Source: Deinococcota bacterium
Lineage (GTDB): Bacteria > Deinococcota > Deinococci > Deinococcales > Thermaceae
NCBI GenBank assembly: GCA_041695225.1
Contig: JBGFRI010000015.1
Coordinates: 1-64,000 of the forward strand
Length of the DNA stretch: 64,000 bases
Reading direction: 5' to 3'
The notes under the pieces were generated by a model, which did no database searches, was not told where the DNA came from, and worked only from the letters and a program-made list of their open reading frames with translations. Of this stretch, positions 28,179 to 38,705 are shown in pieces; position 1 is the first letter of the stretch; each line of letters opens with the position of its first letter. A program made the position numbers and the translations under genes.

Positions 28179-29192
28179 CTAAAGACCAAAAACCATTGTA
28201 CCCACGGCAACAAAAAGTGGGATGCAGATACCGATTGCCACTGGCGTACCTAACCCGGTCGACGCCCCGATATAAGCCGAAGGGTTTGCACTGGGAATTC
28301 CACCCCGGATGGTTGGCGGGCCAGAAATATCTGAGTTGGAGGCAGCTATAATGGCCAGCATTATTACCCCACCCGGGCTGAGCCCTACCAGATGGTGGGC
28401 CAGGTAGCCCAGCCCAAAGCCCAAAAAACCATGTACTATTGGGGCTAGTACGGCATAGGCCACATACCAGTGTGCGGTTTTGAACAGGTCTTTGAGGCTA
28501 CGATAGGCTTCTATGCCCAGCACTACCATCAGAATGGACAAAAATCCTCTAAAGAGAGCGTCGTAGAAGCCCTCGTAGACAAGTTCTGGCCTTGAGAGCA
28601 GCCCGAGCAGCACCCCTCCAATCAAAGCGGTAAGGGCATGCCCTCTCAGACACTCTTTAACGATGGCCCATATCTTTACATTACTGCCCTTGCCTCCCTT
28701 TCGGGCAATGTGGAGGTTGGCCAGCACAATCGCCGTTATTAGCGCCGGAATGTCCATAAAGGGGTACAAGGCTGGTATCCAGGCTTCGTAGCTGATTCCG
28801 GCCTCGTCAAGAAATAGCATGCCGGCAAGAATGGTCGAAGCGCTCACCGCTCCAAACAGGCCCGCTGTGGCCAGCGCATCGTCGTGCCTGACCCCTGGAA
28901 GGCGGGCCAGGGTCTGCGACCCCAGCACCACAATGCCAATTCCCAGTAGCATGGAAATAAATGCCGGCAACAGCATAGCTTGCAGGCCGGCCCAGCCTGC
29001 TTCTCTGATCTCCATGCCGCTAGAGAGGCCAATTTTCATCAGCAGTACAAAAACAGCAAATTTATAAATAGACTCGGGAACCTCGAGTTCACTTTTGAGC
29101 GCTGCTGCAAGCATCCCAAAAATCAAGAAGGCAAGGGTGAAGGTCTGCAACTGGGTTACAAAGTCGGCTAGAAACTCGCCCAAGATTTCCAT
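28179..29192 (-). CDS. sbtA: Na+-dependent bicarbonate transporter, SbtA family
   Basis: About 10 TM segments; KSELEVPE, LLMKIGL-x-x-G, GAVS, MDIPAL, SNSDISGPP and P-x-ANPSAYIGAS motifs. Confidence 0.85.
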   Translation of the reverse strand: MEILGEFLADFVTQLQTFTLAFLIFGMLAAALKSELEVPESIYKFAVFVLLMKIGLSSGMEIREAGWAGLQAMLLPAFISMLLGIGIVVLGSQTLARLPGVRHDDALATAGLFGAVSASTILAGMLFLDEAGISYEAWIPALYPFMDIPALITAIVLANLHIARKGGKGSNVKIWAIVKECLRGHALTALIGGVLLGLLSRPELVYEGFYDALFRGFLSILMVVLGIEAYRSLKDLFKTAHWYVAYAVLAPIVHGFLGFGLGYLAHHLVGLSPGGVIMLAIIAASNSDISGPPTIRGGIPSANPSAYIGASTGLGTPVAIGICIPLFVAVGTMVFGL

Positions 29193-29353
29193 TGAGGTCT
29201 CCTACATCTTTAGGTTGAGGAAGCTACACCGTGAAGTCTAGCGCCATCGTAGCTCTAGCTCAACACCCAGAGGTTTCCAGCTAGACCAGGTGCAAAGACT
29301 GCCCACCCTCACGTCCGGCGGCAAAATTGGTACTACCAGGCTGCCCGTATACA

Positions 29354-30643
29354 ATGAGTTCCATGCTTCAGGCCGTCTCCGGAACCAGCGACATCTTCGC
29401 CCAGGCTAAGGAATATCCTTTCCGCGAGCCTGTCTTTCGTCATATTGTTCAGACTGCCACAGAAGTTTTGCAGGGTGCAGGGGCGCAGATGATCCACACC
29501 CCCATTTTTGAGTACCTCGAGGTTCTGCAAAAAGGTGTGGGCCTGACCTCGGACATCGTGGTCAAGAAGGAGATGTACACCCTGGAGGACCGCGGAGGCC
29601 GTGTCCTGGGTCTGCGTCCCGAGCCCACCGCTTCAATTGTGCGGGCCTACAACCAGCACGGTATGAAGGTCTGGCCCCAGCCAGTACGCCTTTTTACCTG
29701 GGGACCATTTTTCAGGGCCGAACGGCAGCAAAAAGGCCGCTACAAACAGTTTCATCAGGTAGACTACGAGGCTTTGGGCCTCAGTGACCCCCTGCTGGAT
29801 GCGGAGGCTATTGCGCTGATGGTGCGGGTATACCGTACTCTGGGGCTCAGAGACCTCGAGGTCAGGCTTGGTTCAGTTGGCGATCCGGAAGACCGCGCCC
29901 GATACAACCAGTACCTGCGGGAGCGGTTCCGCCCGTTTGCACAGAGGCTTTCGGAGGACTCGAGGGTACGCCTGGAGGCCAACCCCATGCGCATTCTGGA
30001 CTCCAAGAGCGAGACCGACCAGCAGATTATGGCCGATTTGCAGGTCAGACCGATGCTGGAGTACCTGAACCAGGAGTCGCGAGCCTTCCACGAAAAGGTC
30101 TGCCAGTATCTGAGCCAGCTCGGCGTTACCTTTGTACTGGACCCCAGTATAGTACGCGGCCTCGACTACTATGTACGCACCGCCTGGGAGGTACACCACG
30201 CCCGTATTGGGGCCAAATCGGCGCTGGGTGGCGGGGGGCGCTACGACGGGCTTTCCGAAATGCTGGGTGGCCCCCGTGTACCAGGCGTGGGCTTTGGTAT
30301 CGGGGTCGAGCGGGTAGCCATTGCCCTGGAGGCAGAGGGGGTAAATATTCCTCCCGACCCCTCCCCTATCCTCTATCTGGCCCCCCTGGACGAACCTGCC
30401 AAGATCGAGGCCCTGGCCCTGGCCGAGCAACTGCGCCCCAAGATTTCGGTGGAACTGGGCTACACCCCCAAAAGTCCCCGCAAGGCCCTGGAGGAGGCGC
30501 TCAAGAAGGGTGCCCGGTACGTGGGTTTTTTGGGTCAGAGCGAGCGAGCTAAAGGCATGGTCACCCTAAAGCACCTAGAAAGCGGCGAGCAGACAGAAGT
30601 TGAGCCGCGGCAAATTCACACCTTGTTTGAGGGGCCGCAGTAA
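29354..30643 (+). CDS. hisS: Histidine--tRNA ligase
   Basis: TPIFE, KEMY, LRPE-x-TA, FRAER-x-Q-x-GRY, VRGLDYY, GGGRYDGL. Confidence 0.97.
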   Translation: MSSMLQAVSGTSDIFAQAKEYPFREPVFRHIVQTATEVLQGAGAQMIHTPIFEYLEVLQKGVGLTSDIVVKKEMYTLEDRGGRVLGLRPEPTASIVRAYNQHGMKVWPQPVRLFTWGPFFRAERQQKGRYKQFHQVDYEALGLSDPLLDAEAIALMVRVYRTLGLRDLEVRLGSVGDPEDRARYNQYLRERFRPFAQRLSEDSRVRLEANPMRILDSKSETDQQIMADLQVRPMLEYLNQESRAFHEKVCQYLSQLGVTFVLDPSIVRGLDYYVRTAWEVHHARIGAKSALGGGGRYDGLSEMLGGPRVPGVGFGIGVERVAIALEAEGVNIPPDPSPILYLAPLDEPAKIEALALAEQLRPKISVELGYTPKSPRKALEEALKKGARYVGFLGQSERAKGMVTLKHLESGEQTEVEPRQIHTLFEGPQ

Positions 30644-30757
30644 AAAAGGCCGATAGCCGATAGCTATTAATTTTGCTATAAGCTATTAGCTATGAGCTAT
30701 TAGCATCGTTTAGCTACCCGCTATAAGCTATGAGCTATAAGCAGTATGCTAGAGGGT

Positions 30758-32500
30758 ATGCGTCGGACACACTACTGTGGCAATCTGCGAGACGAACATC
30801 TACAACAACCGGTACTTATCGAAGGCTGGGTAAACCGCAGGCGAGACCTTGGGGGCCTGATTTTCCTGGACCTGCGGGACCGCGAGGGTATTGTGCAGGT
30901 GGTGGTTAACCCCGAAAGCGCCTGCTTTGCCGAAGCCAGTAAGGTGCGCTCGGAATGGGTTGTACGCGTCGAGGGCACGGTACGCAGCCGCCCCGCCGAG
31001 CGGGTAAACCCTAAAATCGGGACCGGCGCTGTGGAGGTATTGGCACATGGACTCGAGGTGCTCTGTGAGGCCAGGACCCCGCCTTTCCCCATTGATGCAG
31101 GCTGGCGCGGCGAGGAAGACCAGGCCATAAACGAAGAGGTACGCCTGAGGAACAGAGTAGTGGATCTGCGTCGAAAACGGCTGCACGACAACCTTCGGAT
31201 GCGGCACAAGGTAGTTGCGGCCATTTATCGCTTTCTCGACCAGGAGGGTTTCATTAGCGTCGAGACGCCCTACCTGACCCGCTCCACCCCTGAAGGAGCG
31301 CGGGACTTTTTAGTACCCTCGAGGCTCGAGCCCGGAAAGTTTTACGCTCTGCCACAGTCGCCTCAGCTTTTCAAGCAGATGCTGATGGTAGCAGGCTATG
31401 ACCGCTATTTCCAGATTGCCCGCTGCTTCCGCGACGAAGACCTGCGCCGAGACCGCCAGCCCGACTTTACCCAGCTCGACCTCGAGATGTCTTTTGTTAC
31501 CCAGGACGATATCCTGGACCTCAACGAACGGCTGGCCGCCTATCTAATGCGCGAAACCGTGGGAGTCACCCTGCCCCTCCCCTTCCCCCGTATGACCTAT
31601 GCCGAGGCCATGAACCGCTTCGGCTCAGACAAGCCTGACCTGAGGTTTGGCCTAGAGCTTTCCGACGTAACCGCGGTTTTCCAAAGGGGTGCCTTCCGCG
31701 CCTTTGCCAGCGCCGAGACAGTCAAAGCCCTGGTGGTGCCAACCCTGCTGCCGCGCAAAGAGATTGAAGAACTGGAGGCCATGGCCAGGGCCAAAGGCGC
31801 GGCTGGCCTGGCCTGGGCCAGGCTGGAAAACGGACTGCTAACCGGGGGGATCGCCAAATTCATACCCCCCACGCTGCTCCAGCATCTTGCTGTCTCGGAG
31901 GGCCAGACCTTGCTGTTTGTTGCCGGTCCCTGGCGTAAGACGGTGGAGAGTCTGGGAGCGGTGCGGCTCGAGCTGGGCAAAAGGCTGGGCTTAGTAGAGC
32001 CGGGCTTCAAGTTTTTGTGGGTAGTGGACTTTCCGCTGCTGGAGTGGGACCAGGACAACGACCGCTGGACCTACATGCACCATCCCTTTACCAGCCCACA
32101 GCTTGACGACCTGCATCTGCTGGAAACCAGCCCTGGCCAGGTACGGGCCCATGCCTACGATTTTGTCCTCAATGGAAGTGAGGTCGGGGGGGGTTCCATT
32201 CGTATCCACCGCCGCGACCTGCAGGAGCGGATTTTTGCCCAGCTTGGCATCGGGGCCGCCGAAGCGCAGGAAAAGTTTGGTTTTTTGCTCGAGGCTCTCT
32301 CCTACGGCGCACCCCCCCACGGCGGCATCGCCTGGGGGCTGGATCGCTTCGTGGCCAACCTGGCCGCAGAGGAGTCCATCCGCGAGGTGATCGCTTTTCC
32401 GAAAAACAAAGAGGGCAAAGAACCCCTTACGGGTGCCCCTGCTCCGGTGGATGAGGCCCAGCTTGCCACGGTTGGGCTTGCACTGAGGAGCGAGAAATGA
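30758..32500 (+). CDS. aspS: Aspartate--tRNA ligase
   Basis: RRTHYCG, STPEGARDF, LPQSPQLFKQ, FRDED, GAPPHGG. Confidence 0.97.
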   Translation: MRRTHYCGNLRDEHLQQPVLIEGWVNRRRDLGGLIFLDLRDREGIVQVVVNPESACFAEASKVRSEWVVRVEGTVRSRPAERVNPKIGTGAVEVLAHGLEVLCEARTPPFPIDAGWRGEEDQAINEEVRLRNRVVDLRRKRLHDNLRMRHKVVAAIYRFLDQEGFISVETPYLTRSTPEGARDFLVPSRLEPGKFYALPQSPQLFKQMLMVAGYDRYFQIARCFRDEDLRRDRQPDFTQLDLEMSFVTQDDILDLNERLAAYLMRETVGVTLPLPFPRMTYAEAMNRFGSDKPDLRFGLELSDVTAVFQRGAFRAFASAETVKALVVPTLLPRKEIEELEAMARAKGAAGLAWARLENGLLTGGIAKFIPPTLLQHLAVSEGQTLLFVAGPWRKTVESLGAVRLELGKRLGLVEPGFKFLWVVDFPLLEWDQDNDRWTYMHHPFTSPQLDDLHLLETSPGQVRAHAYDFVLNGSEVGGGSIRIHRRDLQERIFAQLGIGAAEAQEKFGFLLEALSYGAPPHGGIAWGLDRFVANLAAEESIREVIAFPKNKEGKEPLTGAPAPVDEAQLATVGLALRSEK

Positions 32501-32562
32501 CCGTGGTGATTTATGGCTAGCGCGTCTCACCTTATAGACAGGGCAGAACATGGTCGAGGATG

Positions 32563-32613
32563 CCTATAGACTGGGTGATGGAATGGCCGGGGACGAGGAA
32601 TGATTAATCCATG
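32563..32613 (-). repeat. Copy of the dispersed 44-bp element abutting the PhzF start codon
   Basis: Reverse complement reads catggattaatcattcc...ccggccattccatcacccagtctatagg. Confidence 0.75.
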
Positions 32614-33504
32614 ACCTACGCTATTCCTTACCTGCTGGTAGATGCCTTTACCGAAACCCCTGGTGGGGGCAACCGGGTAGTATTGGTGCTGGATGCACGG
32701 GGGATGCGCACCGAAGAGATGCTGCTGACGGCTGGCAAACTGGGGCAGCCCCAGGCCGCTTTTGTAACCGACTGGGACAATTCCGGTTTTGGGGTGCGTT
32801 TTTTTACTGCAGCTGGAGAGGTCGAGTTTAGCGGCCATGCCGCCGTTGCCCTCGCGCTGGCCATGGCAAAAGAAGAAAAGCTACCGGCAGGTGTCAAAAA
32901 GCTCTATATGCGCACCATTGGGGAGTCCCTTGCAGTCGAGATCGAGAATGGACGGGCGGTGGTACAAAGCCCGGCCCCCCGCTTCCGCGATCCCCCCTCC
33001 TGGAAGGTGCTGCAGGAGTTTATCGAGGTAATGGGCGCCGACGAGCGCTACATACACCGGGGCCTGCCCTATGGCATCACTTTTACTGGCCTCTGGACCT
33101 TATTCATGCCAGTGGTAGCCCCTGGTCTGGTAGATGACCTCGAGCCTGAAATGGAGCGACTGGCCGAGTTATCGAAGAAACTCGAGGTTGCTACCGTTCA
33201 TGTCTATGCCCCTTATGGCCCCCGCAGCTTCTATGCGCGCACCTTCGCGCCTGCCCTGGGCATCCCCGAAGACCCGGTAACCGGTTCGCCCAACGCTGCG
33301 TTGGGGGCGCTGCTGGCCCGAGCAGGGGTAGTGCCGCGCTGGGAGGGTGAGGTCAGACTGACCGTCACCCAGGGCCACCGCATGGGCGGCCCGGGACAGG
33401 TGGATATACGCGTAGAGTATGGCCCTGCCGGGAATATCCTGGGGGTGTTTATTGGGGGGACCGCAGTAGTGGCCGATAGCGGCGTGGTGGAGCTGGGGGG
33501 GTAG
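32611..33504 (+). CDS. PhzF/DAP-epimerase-like isomerase
   Basis: VDAFT...GN, R-x-FT...EV-x-F-x-GHA, EDPVTGS, QG motifs. Confidence 0.88.
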   Translation: MTYAIPYLLVDAFTETPGGGNRVVLVLDARGMRTEEMLLTAGKLGQPQAAFVTDWDNSGFGVRFFTAAGEVEFSGHAAVALALAMAKEEKLPAGVKKLYMRTIGESLAVEIENGRAVVQSPAPRFRDPPSWKVLQEFIEVMGADERYIHRGLPYGITFTGLWTLFMPVVAPGLVDDLEPEMERLAELSKKLEVATVHVYAPYGPRSFYARTFAPALGIPEDPVTGSPNAALGALLARAGVVPRWEGEVRLTVTQGHRMGGPGQVDIRVEYGPAGNILGVFIGGTAVVADSGVVELGG

Positions 33505-33517
33505 TCTCAACTAGGCT

Positions 33518-33640
33518 GCTAATGGCTGATAGCTAATAGCTCATAGCTAAAAGCTAAAGGCTAAAAGCTAAAAGCTAAAAGCTAAAAGCTAAAAGCTAAA
33601 AGCGGCTGTTGCTATCGGCTATTAGCTATTGACTATCGGC
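33518..33640. repeat. Heptamer repeat element containing about 8 near-perfect GCTAAAA units (33546-33601)
   Basis: Read directly from the sequence. Confidence 0.9.
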
Positions 33641-33643
33641 ATC

Positions 33644-34468
33644 ATGGATAAACCCATCAGACTTGTGCTTATAGACGTGGATGGAACCCTGTTCGGCCCT
33701 GCCGGGGTACCACAGTGTGCCTGGGATGCCGCGGCACGAGCCAGGGAGGCTGGGCTGCATCTGGGCCTCTGCACCGGCCGGCCTGGACGAGGGTTCGCCC
33801 TCGAGTACGCCCAGCGGCTCGACCCGGAAGGGTTACACATCTTCGAGTCGGGTGCAGTAATTGTCTCGGGCCTTGGCGAGGTTGCGAGGGTCTCGGCCCT
33901 GCCTGTGCAAGCCTATCATCGGCTGCTCGAGCTAAGCCGGGCCTACCAGATTCCATTTGAAGTCTATACCGCCGAAGGCAGTTTTTACCGCGAAACTGCC
34001 CACCCCGATCTGATGGCCCACCAGAGTATGCTGGGTTTTGCCGCGGAGGTGCAAGACCTAAAGACAATTCCTGGGCAGGTAATCCGGGTGCAGTTTGTCT
34101 CGCGCCCTTCTGCGGCCTGGCAGGCAGTGCGCGCTGCGGTGCTAGCTATGCCAGGGGTAGAGCTGCATGAAGCCACCAGCCCCGGCCTGCCACGGGTTGG
34201 GTTCAGTTCAGTAACGGCGGCAGGGGTGTCCAAACGGGCGGCGGCAGAATGGGTGGCGGCAAAGCTGGGTATTGGCCTGGAGAACTGCGCCATGATTGGC
34301 GATGGGGAGAACGACCTCGAGCTGATCCAGAGTGCGGGGCTGGGAATCGCCATGGGTAACGCGCCAGAAGCGGTAAAGCAGGCGGCTGACCTGGTGGTAC
34401 GCTCAGTAGACGAGTGCGGTCTTGAGGAGGCCCTGGACACCCTACGCAGGCTAAACAGTAGTATGTGA
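33644..34468 (+). CDS. Cof-type HAD-IIB hydrolase
   Basis: DVDGTL, CTGRP, GVSK, GDGENDL. Confidence 0.92.
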   Translation: MDKPIRLVLIDVDGTLFGPAGVPQCAWDAAARAREAGLHLGLCTGRPGRGFALEYAQRLDPEGLHIFESGAVIVSGLGEVARVSALPVQAYHRLLELSRAYQIPFEVYTAEGSFYRETAHPDLMAHQSMLGFAAEVQDLKTIPGQVIRVQFVSRPSAAWQAVRAAVLAMPGVELHEATSPGLPRVGFSSVTAAGVSKRAAAEWVAAKLGIGLENCAMIGDGENDLELIQSAGLGIAMGNAPEAVKQAADLVVRSVDECGLEEALDTLRRLNSSM

Positions 34469-34521
34469 TTAGTATCACGATAAGAAGTACTCGTGAAATA
34501 TTTATGTTGGGGAGGCAAGGA

Positions 34522-35334
34522 ATGATAAAACTGGTCGCGCTTGATTTAGATGGAACCTTTTATGCGGGAAAACACCTTGGCGTACCTGAGTCGGCCTGGG
34601 CGGCTATACAGCGTGGTCGCGAGGCTGGGTTAAAGTTTGCGGTCTGTACCGGCCGTCCACAGGGCGGCCATGGCCTCGAGTATGCCCGGCGTTTACAGCC
34701 AGAGGGTCCGCACGTCTTCAACGATGGCGCCTCGATTTGCGACACCTGGGGAAGGCCCTTGTACGCGGCGCCACTGCCCCAGTTGCCCGAAATCGTCGGC
34801 ATTGCCCGCAAATTCGGGCTACCATTTGACCTGATGGGTGCCCAGAGCGGGCGCTACTACGAGAGCGAGCTGATGCCCCCCGAACTCCTGACCCATATCG
34901 AAGTGACCGGAGTAGTTGCCCGCTCAGCTAGGTTTGAGGAAATTCGGGAGACCCTGGTGCGGCTGTGGTTTGTGGTGCCAGATCTGAGCCTGTGGGAGAC
35001 AGTCAAGCCCGACCTGGAAACCCTGCCGGAGATTGATCTGGCCGAGTACCTGAGCCCGCGCGAAGCGATTACCGGCGTAATCAAGAAAGGCATTTCAAAG
35101 TCCTCTGGGCTACAGTGGTTAGCCGACCACTACGGGCTTTCGCTCGAAGAAATTGCCATGATTGGCGATAGCCATAATGACCTCGAGGCTATCCGCGATG
35201 CCGGCCTTGGGATTGCCATGGGTAACGCCGTAGATGAAATCCTGGCAGTCGCCGATCACGTCACAGGCCATGTGCGCGACAACGGTTTCGCCCAAGCAAT
35301 AGAGTATATTCTGACCCTCAATGGGCAGGGTTAG
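34522..35334 (+). CDS. Cof-type HAD-IIB hydrolase (tandem paralogue)
   Basis: DLDGT, CTGRP, GISK, GDSHNDL. Confidence 0.92.
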   Translation: MIKLVALDLDGTFYAGKHLGVPESAWAAIQRGREAGLKFAVCTGRPQGGHGLEYARRLQPEGPHVFNDGASICDTWGRPLYAAPLPQLPEIVGIARKFGLPFDLMGAQSGRYYESELMPPELLTHIEVTGVVARSARFEEIRETLVRLWFVVPDLSLWETVKPDLETLPEIDLAEYLSPREAITGVIKKGISKSSGLQWLADHYGLSLEEIAMIGDSHNDLEAIRDAGLGIAMGNAVDEILAVADHVTGHVRDNGFAQAIEYILTLNGQG

Positions 35335-35416
35335 GGTAGACGTCTGTTTGCTAGCCTCTAAGGCAGAGGGATATTTTTCCCTATGCTCATTCGTTGCCTA
35401 ATGCCAAGATTGGCAC

Positions 35417-35917
35417 ATGTTCGGTATTCGTGACCGACCACTGGGTCTGTTGGTGGGACTGATGTTTGCCCCCTTCGCCTTGCAGCTATTAGGCTGGCTC
35501 GGTACCCCACTTGGCGGGGGGCCTTGTGGAGAGTTGGGACCGGGACAGATGATGCTGGATCTGCCTGGGAAGTTTTTCTACGCCCAGATAATGCTCTGGG
35601 GCATCTCATTGCTGCTGGCCACAGGCTTCTTTATCGTTATGATCTCGCTCATGCACCCCCAGGGAATACCCCGGGCCCATGTCAAGCCGTTTTTGCAGCT
35701 AGGATTAGTTATCAGCCTCATAGTTGCGCTAATTTACACCCTTACCAGAACCTGGGGTCTACCTGCGCCTAGCCCGCTGGGTCTGCTGTGGACTGGTGGT
35801 GAGCCCATTGATGCTATTGGAATGCTTATTTTGCTGGTCTTGGTCAGCAACTCGGTTCTGATCACTCGATGGCTCTATCAAAATCCACCCCCAGTCCTTG
35901 CCAATTCAGACAGATAG
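35417..35917 (+). CDS. Hypothetical membrane protein (about 4 TM)
   Basis: Hydrophobic segments; fills the gap in the direction of neighbouring genes. Confidence 0.65.
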   Translation: MFGIRDRPLGLLVGLMFAPFALQLLGWLGTPLGGGPCGELGPGQMMLDLPGKFFYAQIMLWGISLLLATGFFIVMISLMHPQGIPRAHVKPFLQLGLVISLIVALIYTLTRTWGLPAPSPLGLLWTGGEPIDAIGMLILLVLVSNSVLITRWLYQNPPPVLANSDR

Positions 35918-36051
35918 TTCCTCCGCCAAAGCATCGGGCGTCTTCCAATAGCCGATAGCTGATAGCAACAGCCGCTTTTGGCTATTAGCTATCCGCTATA
36001 GGGCATGAGCTACGATGGCAAGAATAGCGTTAAACCGCTAGAATCTAGCAT

Positions 36052-36708
36052 ATGCAAAGGACCCTTTTTGTCGTGGTTGCAGTGCTGGCCATAGTCGTGG
36101 GGGCGGTGCTCTTCCTGGTGCTAAGGCCCCAGCCCATTGTCGGCGCAGCCGATGCAGCCAAAGGAGCTCGCTTTGTCATTGGAAACCCCGAGGCCAGGGT
36201 GACGGTGGTGGATTTTTCTAACTTTCTCTGTGGCCACTGTCGTGACCACTCTAACGAAGTGTTGCCGTTTATCAAGCGCGACTATATTGACACTGGTAAG
36301 GTGCGCTACGTTTTCCGCGACTTTCCCTTTACTGGCCAAGAAAATGTTATTCGGGCCGGTGAGGCGGCTGCGTGCGCTCATGAACACAATCTATTTACCT
36401 CCTACCACACAGCACTTTTTCGAGCGCAGCTACAGTGGGCAGGGCTCAGTGGCGGTGCGTTGGACAACTATTTTGCCGACCTGGCTGGTCAGATCGGCAT
36501 AGCGCCCGCTACATTCTCTGAGTGTCTAACCTCTGGCCGCAAGCGGGCGGGAGTGCTCGCCGACCAGCGCCTTGCGCTTGACCTGGGGCTCACAGGAACC
36601 CCCACCTTCTTTGTTAACGGCGAAAAGCATACCGGGTTTTTACCCTACACTAGATGGCGTGAAATTCTTGACCGGGCCCTGGCCGCACAACCCTCTGGTA
36701 GCAATTAA
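36052..36708 (+). CDS. DsbA-family thioredoxin-fold protein
   Basis: TM anchor, CGHC, RDFP, GTPTFFVNG. Confidence 0.9.
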   Translation: MQRTLFVVVAVLAIVVGAVLFLVLRPQPIVGAADAAKGARFVIGNPEARVTVVDFSNFLCGHCRDHSNEVLPFIKRDYIDTGKVRYVFRDFPFTGQENVIRAGEAAACAHEHNLFTSYHTALFRAQLQWAGLSGGALDNYFADLAGQIGIAPATFSECLTSGRKRAGVLADQRLALDLGLTGTPTFFVNGEKHTGFLPYTRWREILDRALAAQPSGSN

Positions 36709-36934
36709 GCCGCCGCAGTATCCCCATTTGCGCTGCAAGCTGGAGCGTAAGACCAAGCCATCGTCACACAGATACCATTCATTGCCCTGCGGCAGAGTCG
36801 CCACTGCGCTGGTGCTGAACCTGGCGCAAGCAACTAAGCAGTCCAGGAAAAAACCCATCCACACGGGTATTCTTGGAACGCTATGCCTCGCGGTTGTTGC
36901 TATCGGCTATCAGCTATTGGCTATCAGCCTCTGC

Positions 36935-38131
36935 TTAGGAGGCCTGGCGCAGACGGGCTTCCTCGAGGGCCTTCAAAGGCTTGTCTAGGTGGGCCAGATC
37001 GAAGACAACTTCCGTGACACTCGAGCTGGGCAGTTCAAACATCAGCTCTACCATGGCCTTTTCAATTACCGCCCGTAAGGCCCGAGCACCTGTACCGCGT
37101 TTGAGGGCGCGGCGGGCGATCTCTCGTAACACACCCGGCGTGAAGTGAATTTCTATACCTTCCATACGCAGCAGTTCCTGGTACTGGCGTATAAGCGCAT
37201 TCTTGGGTTCAGTCAGAATACGCACCAGGGCATCTTCATCCAGGGCCTCGAGTTGCACCATAACTGGTAACCGGCCCACAAACTCGGGGATGAGACCAAA
37301 CCGCACCAGATCTTCTGGGATGGCCTCGGGTTTTTCCTCCGACTTCTTGGGGCGGGTAAAGCCAATGGGGTTCTGGTCTGCTCGCGCAAGCACAATGCGC
37401 TCGAGGCCATCAAAAGCCCCTCCCAAAATGAACAGAATATTCTTGGTATTGAGGGCAATGAACTCCTGGTGGGGGTGCTTACGCCCACCCTGGGGAGGTA
37501 CGTTGGAAATAGTGCCCTCAACAATTTTGAGCAGGGCCTGCTGCACGCCCTCACCAGAGACATCCCGGGTCAGGCTGGGGTTCTCGGACTTGCGGGCAAT
37601 CTTGTCAATTTCGTCAATGTAAATAATACCCTTCTCCGCAGCCTGCAGATCAAAATCGGCGGCTTGCAAGAGGCGAAGCAATACGTTTTCTACGTCCTCA
37701 CCCACATAGCCAGCCTCGGTCAGGGTAGTGGCATCGGCAATAGCAAAAGGCACGTCAAGCATCCGGGCCAGGGTCTCGGCCAGGAGGGTTTTGCCAGTGC
37801 CGGTTGGGCCAATTAGCAGTACGTTGGACTTCTGCACCAGGGCCTCGGGGTATATCAGGCGTTTATAGTGATTGTAGACCGCTACTGAGAGGGTTTTTTT
37901 GGGTAACTCCTGCCCAATGACATACTGATCGAGAAGGCTCTTGATCTCGGCAGGCTTGGGCAGATGGCTGGGCCGGGCAAAGCTCTTTTTGGGCTCCACC
38001 TCCAAAAGATGCCTGGCCTGATCAACACACTGATTGCAGATAAATACTTCGCCCAGCGGCGACTCGACAAGGTGAGGCACCTCGGGGTATTTGCGCCCAC
38101 AAAAACTACAAGTAGGTTTACTGCGTTTCAC
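36935..38131 (-). CDS. clpX: Clp protease ATP-binding subunit
   Basis: CSFCG zinc finger, [30 protein letters not shown] loop. Confidence 0.98.
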   Translation of the reverse strand: MKRSKPTCSFCGRKYPEVPHLVESPLGEVFICNQCVDQARHLLEVEPKKSFARPSHLPKPAEIKSLLDQYVIGQELPKKTLSVAVYNHYKRLIYPEALVQKSNVLLIGPTGTGKTLLAETLARMLDVPFAIADATTLTEAGYVGEDVENVLLRLLQAADFDLQAAEKGIIYIDEIDKIARKSENPSLTRDVSGEGVQQALLKIVEGTISNVPPQGGRKHPHQEFIALNTKNILFILGGAFDGLERIVLARADQNPIGFTRPKKSEEKPEAIPEDLVRFGLIPEFVGRLPVMVQLEALDEDALVRILTEPKNALIRQYQELLRMEGIEIHFTPGVLREIARRALKRGTGARALRAVIEKAMVELMFELPSSSVTEVVFDLAHLDKPLKALEEARLRQAS

Positions 38132-38705
38132 GGCTAACCACCTGATCTACCAGTCCGTAGCTGGCGGCCTCATCGGCAGTGAGATAATAGTCGCGCTCGG
38201 TATCGCGCTGCACCTTTTCCAAAAGCTGATTTGTATGGCGGGCTATGATCTCGTTTAGAACCTGCCGAGTCTTGAGGATCTGCTCGGCCTGTATAGCAAT
38301 ATCGGTAGCCTGCCCCCCCAACCCCCTGGCCCAGGGTTGGTGAATCATGACCTTGGAATGCGGCAGTGCATACCGCTTGCCTGGCTCACCCGCAGCAAGC
38401 AAAACCGCACCCATCGAGGCAGCAAGCCCCACACAAATGGTCGAGACCGGAGCCGAGACAAACTGCATGGTGTCATAGATGGCCAGCCCTGCATCTACGT
38501 CTCCGCCGGGGGAATTGATATACATGCGGATTTCCTGATTGGGGTTTTGCGCAGCCAGGAAGAGAATTTGCGCCACAATAGTATTGGCTACCTGAGAGTC
38601 TATGGGCGTGCCCAAAAAAATGATGCGGTCTTTGAGCAGGCGACTGTATATATCGTAGACGCGCTCACCACGGGCGGTCTGTTCGATCACGTAGGGGACT
38701 ACCAT
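38118..38705 (-). CDS. clpP: Clp protease proteolytic subunit
   Basis: DIYSRLL, YINSPGG, AASMG, MIHQP. Confidence 0.98.
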   Translation of the reverse strand: MVVPYVIEQTARGERVYDIYSRLLKDRIIFLGTPIDSQVANTIVAQILFLAAQNPNQEIRMYINSPGGDVDAGLAIYDTMQFVSAPVSTICVGLAASMGAVLLAAGEPGKRYALPHSKVMIHQPWARGLGGQATDIAIQAEQILKTRQVLNEIIARHTNQLLEKVQRDTERDYYLTADEAASYGLVDQVVSRETQ

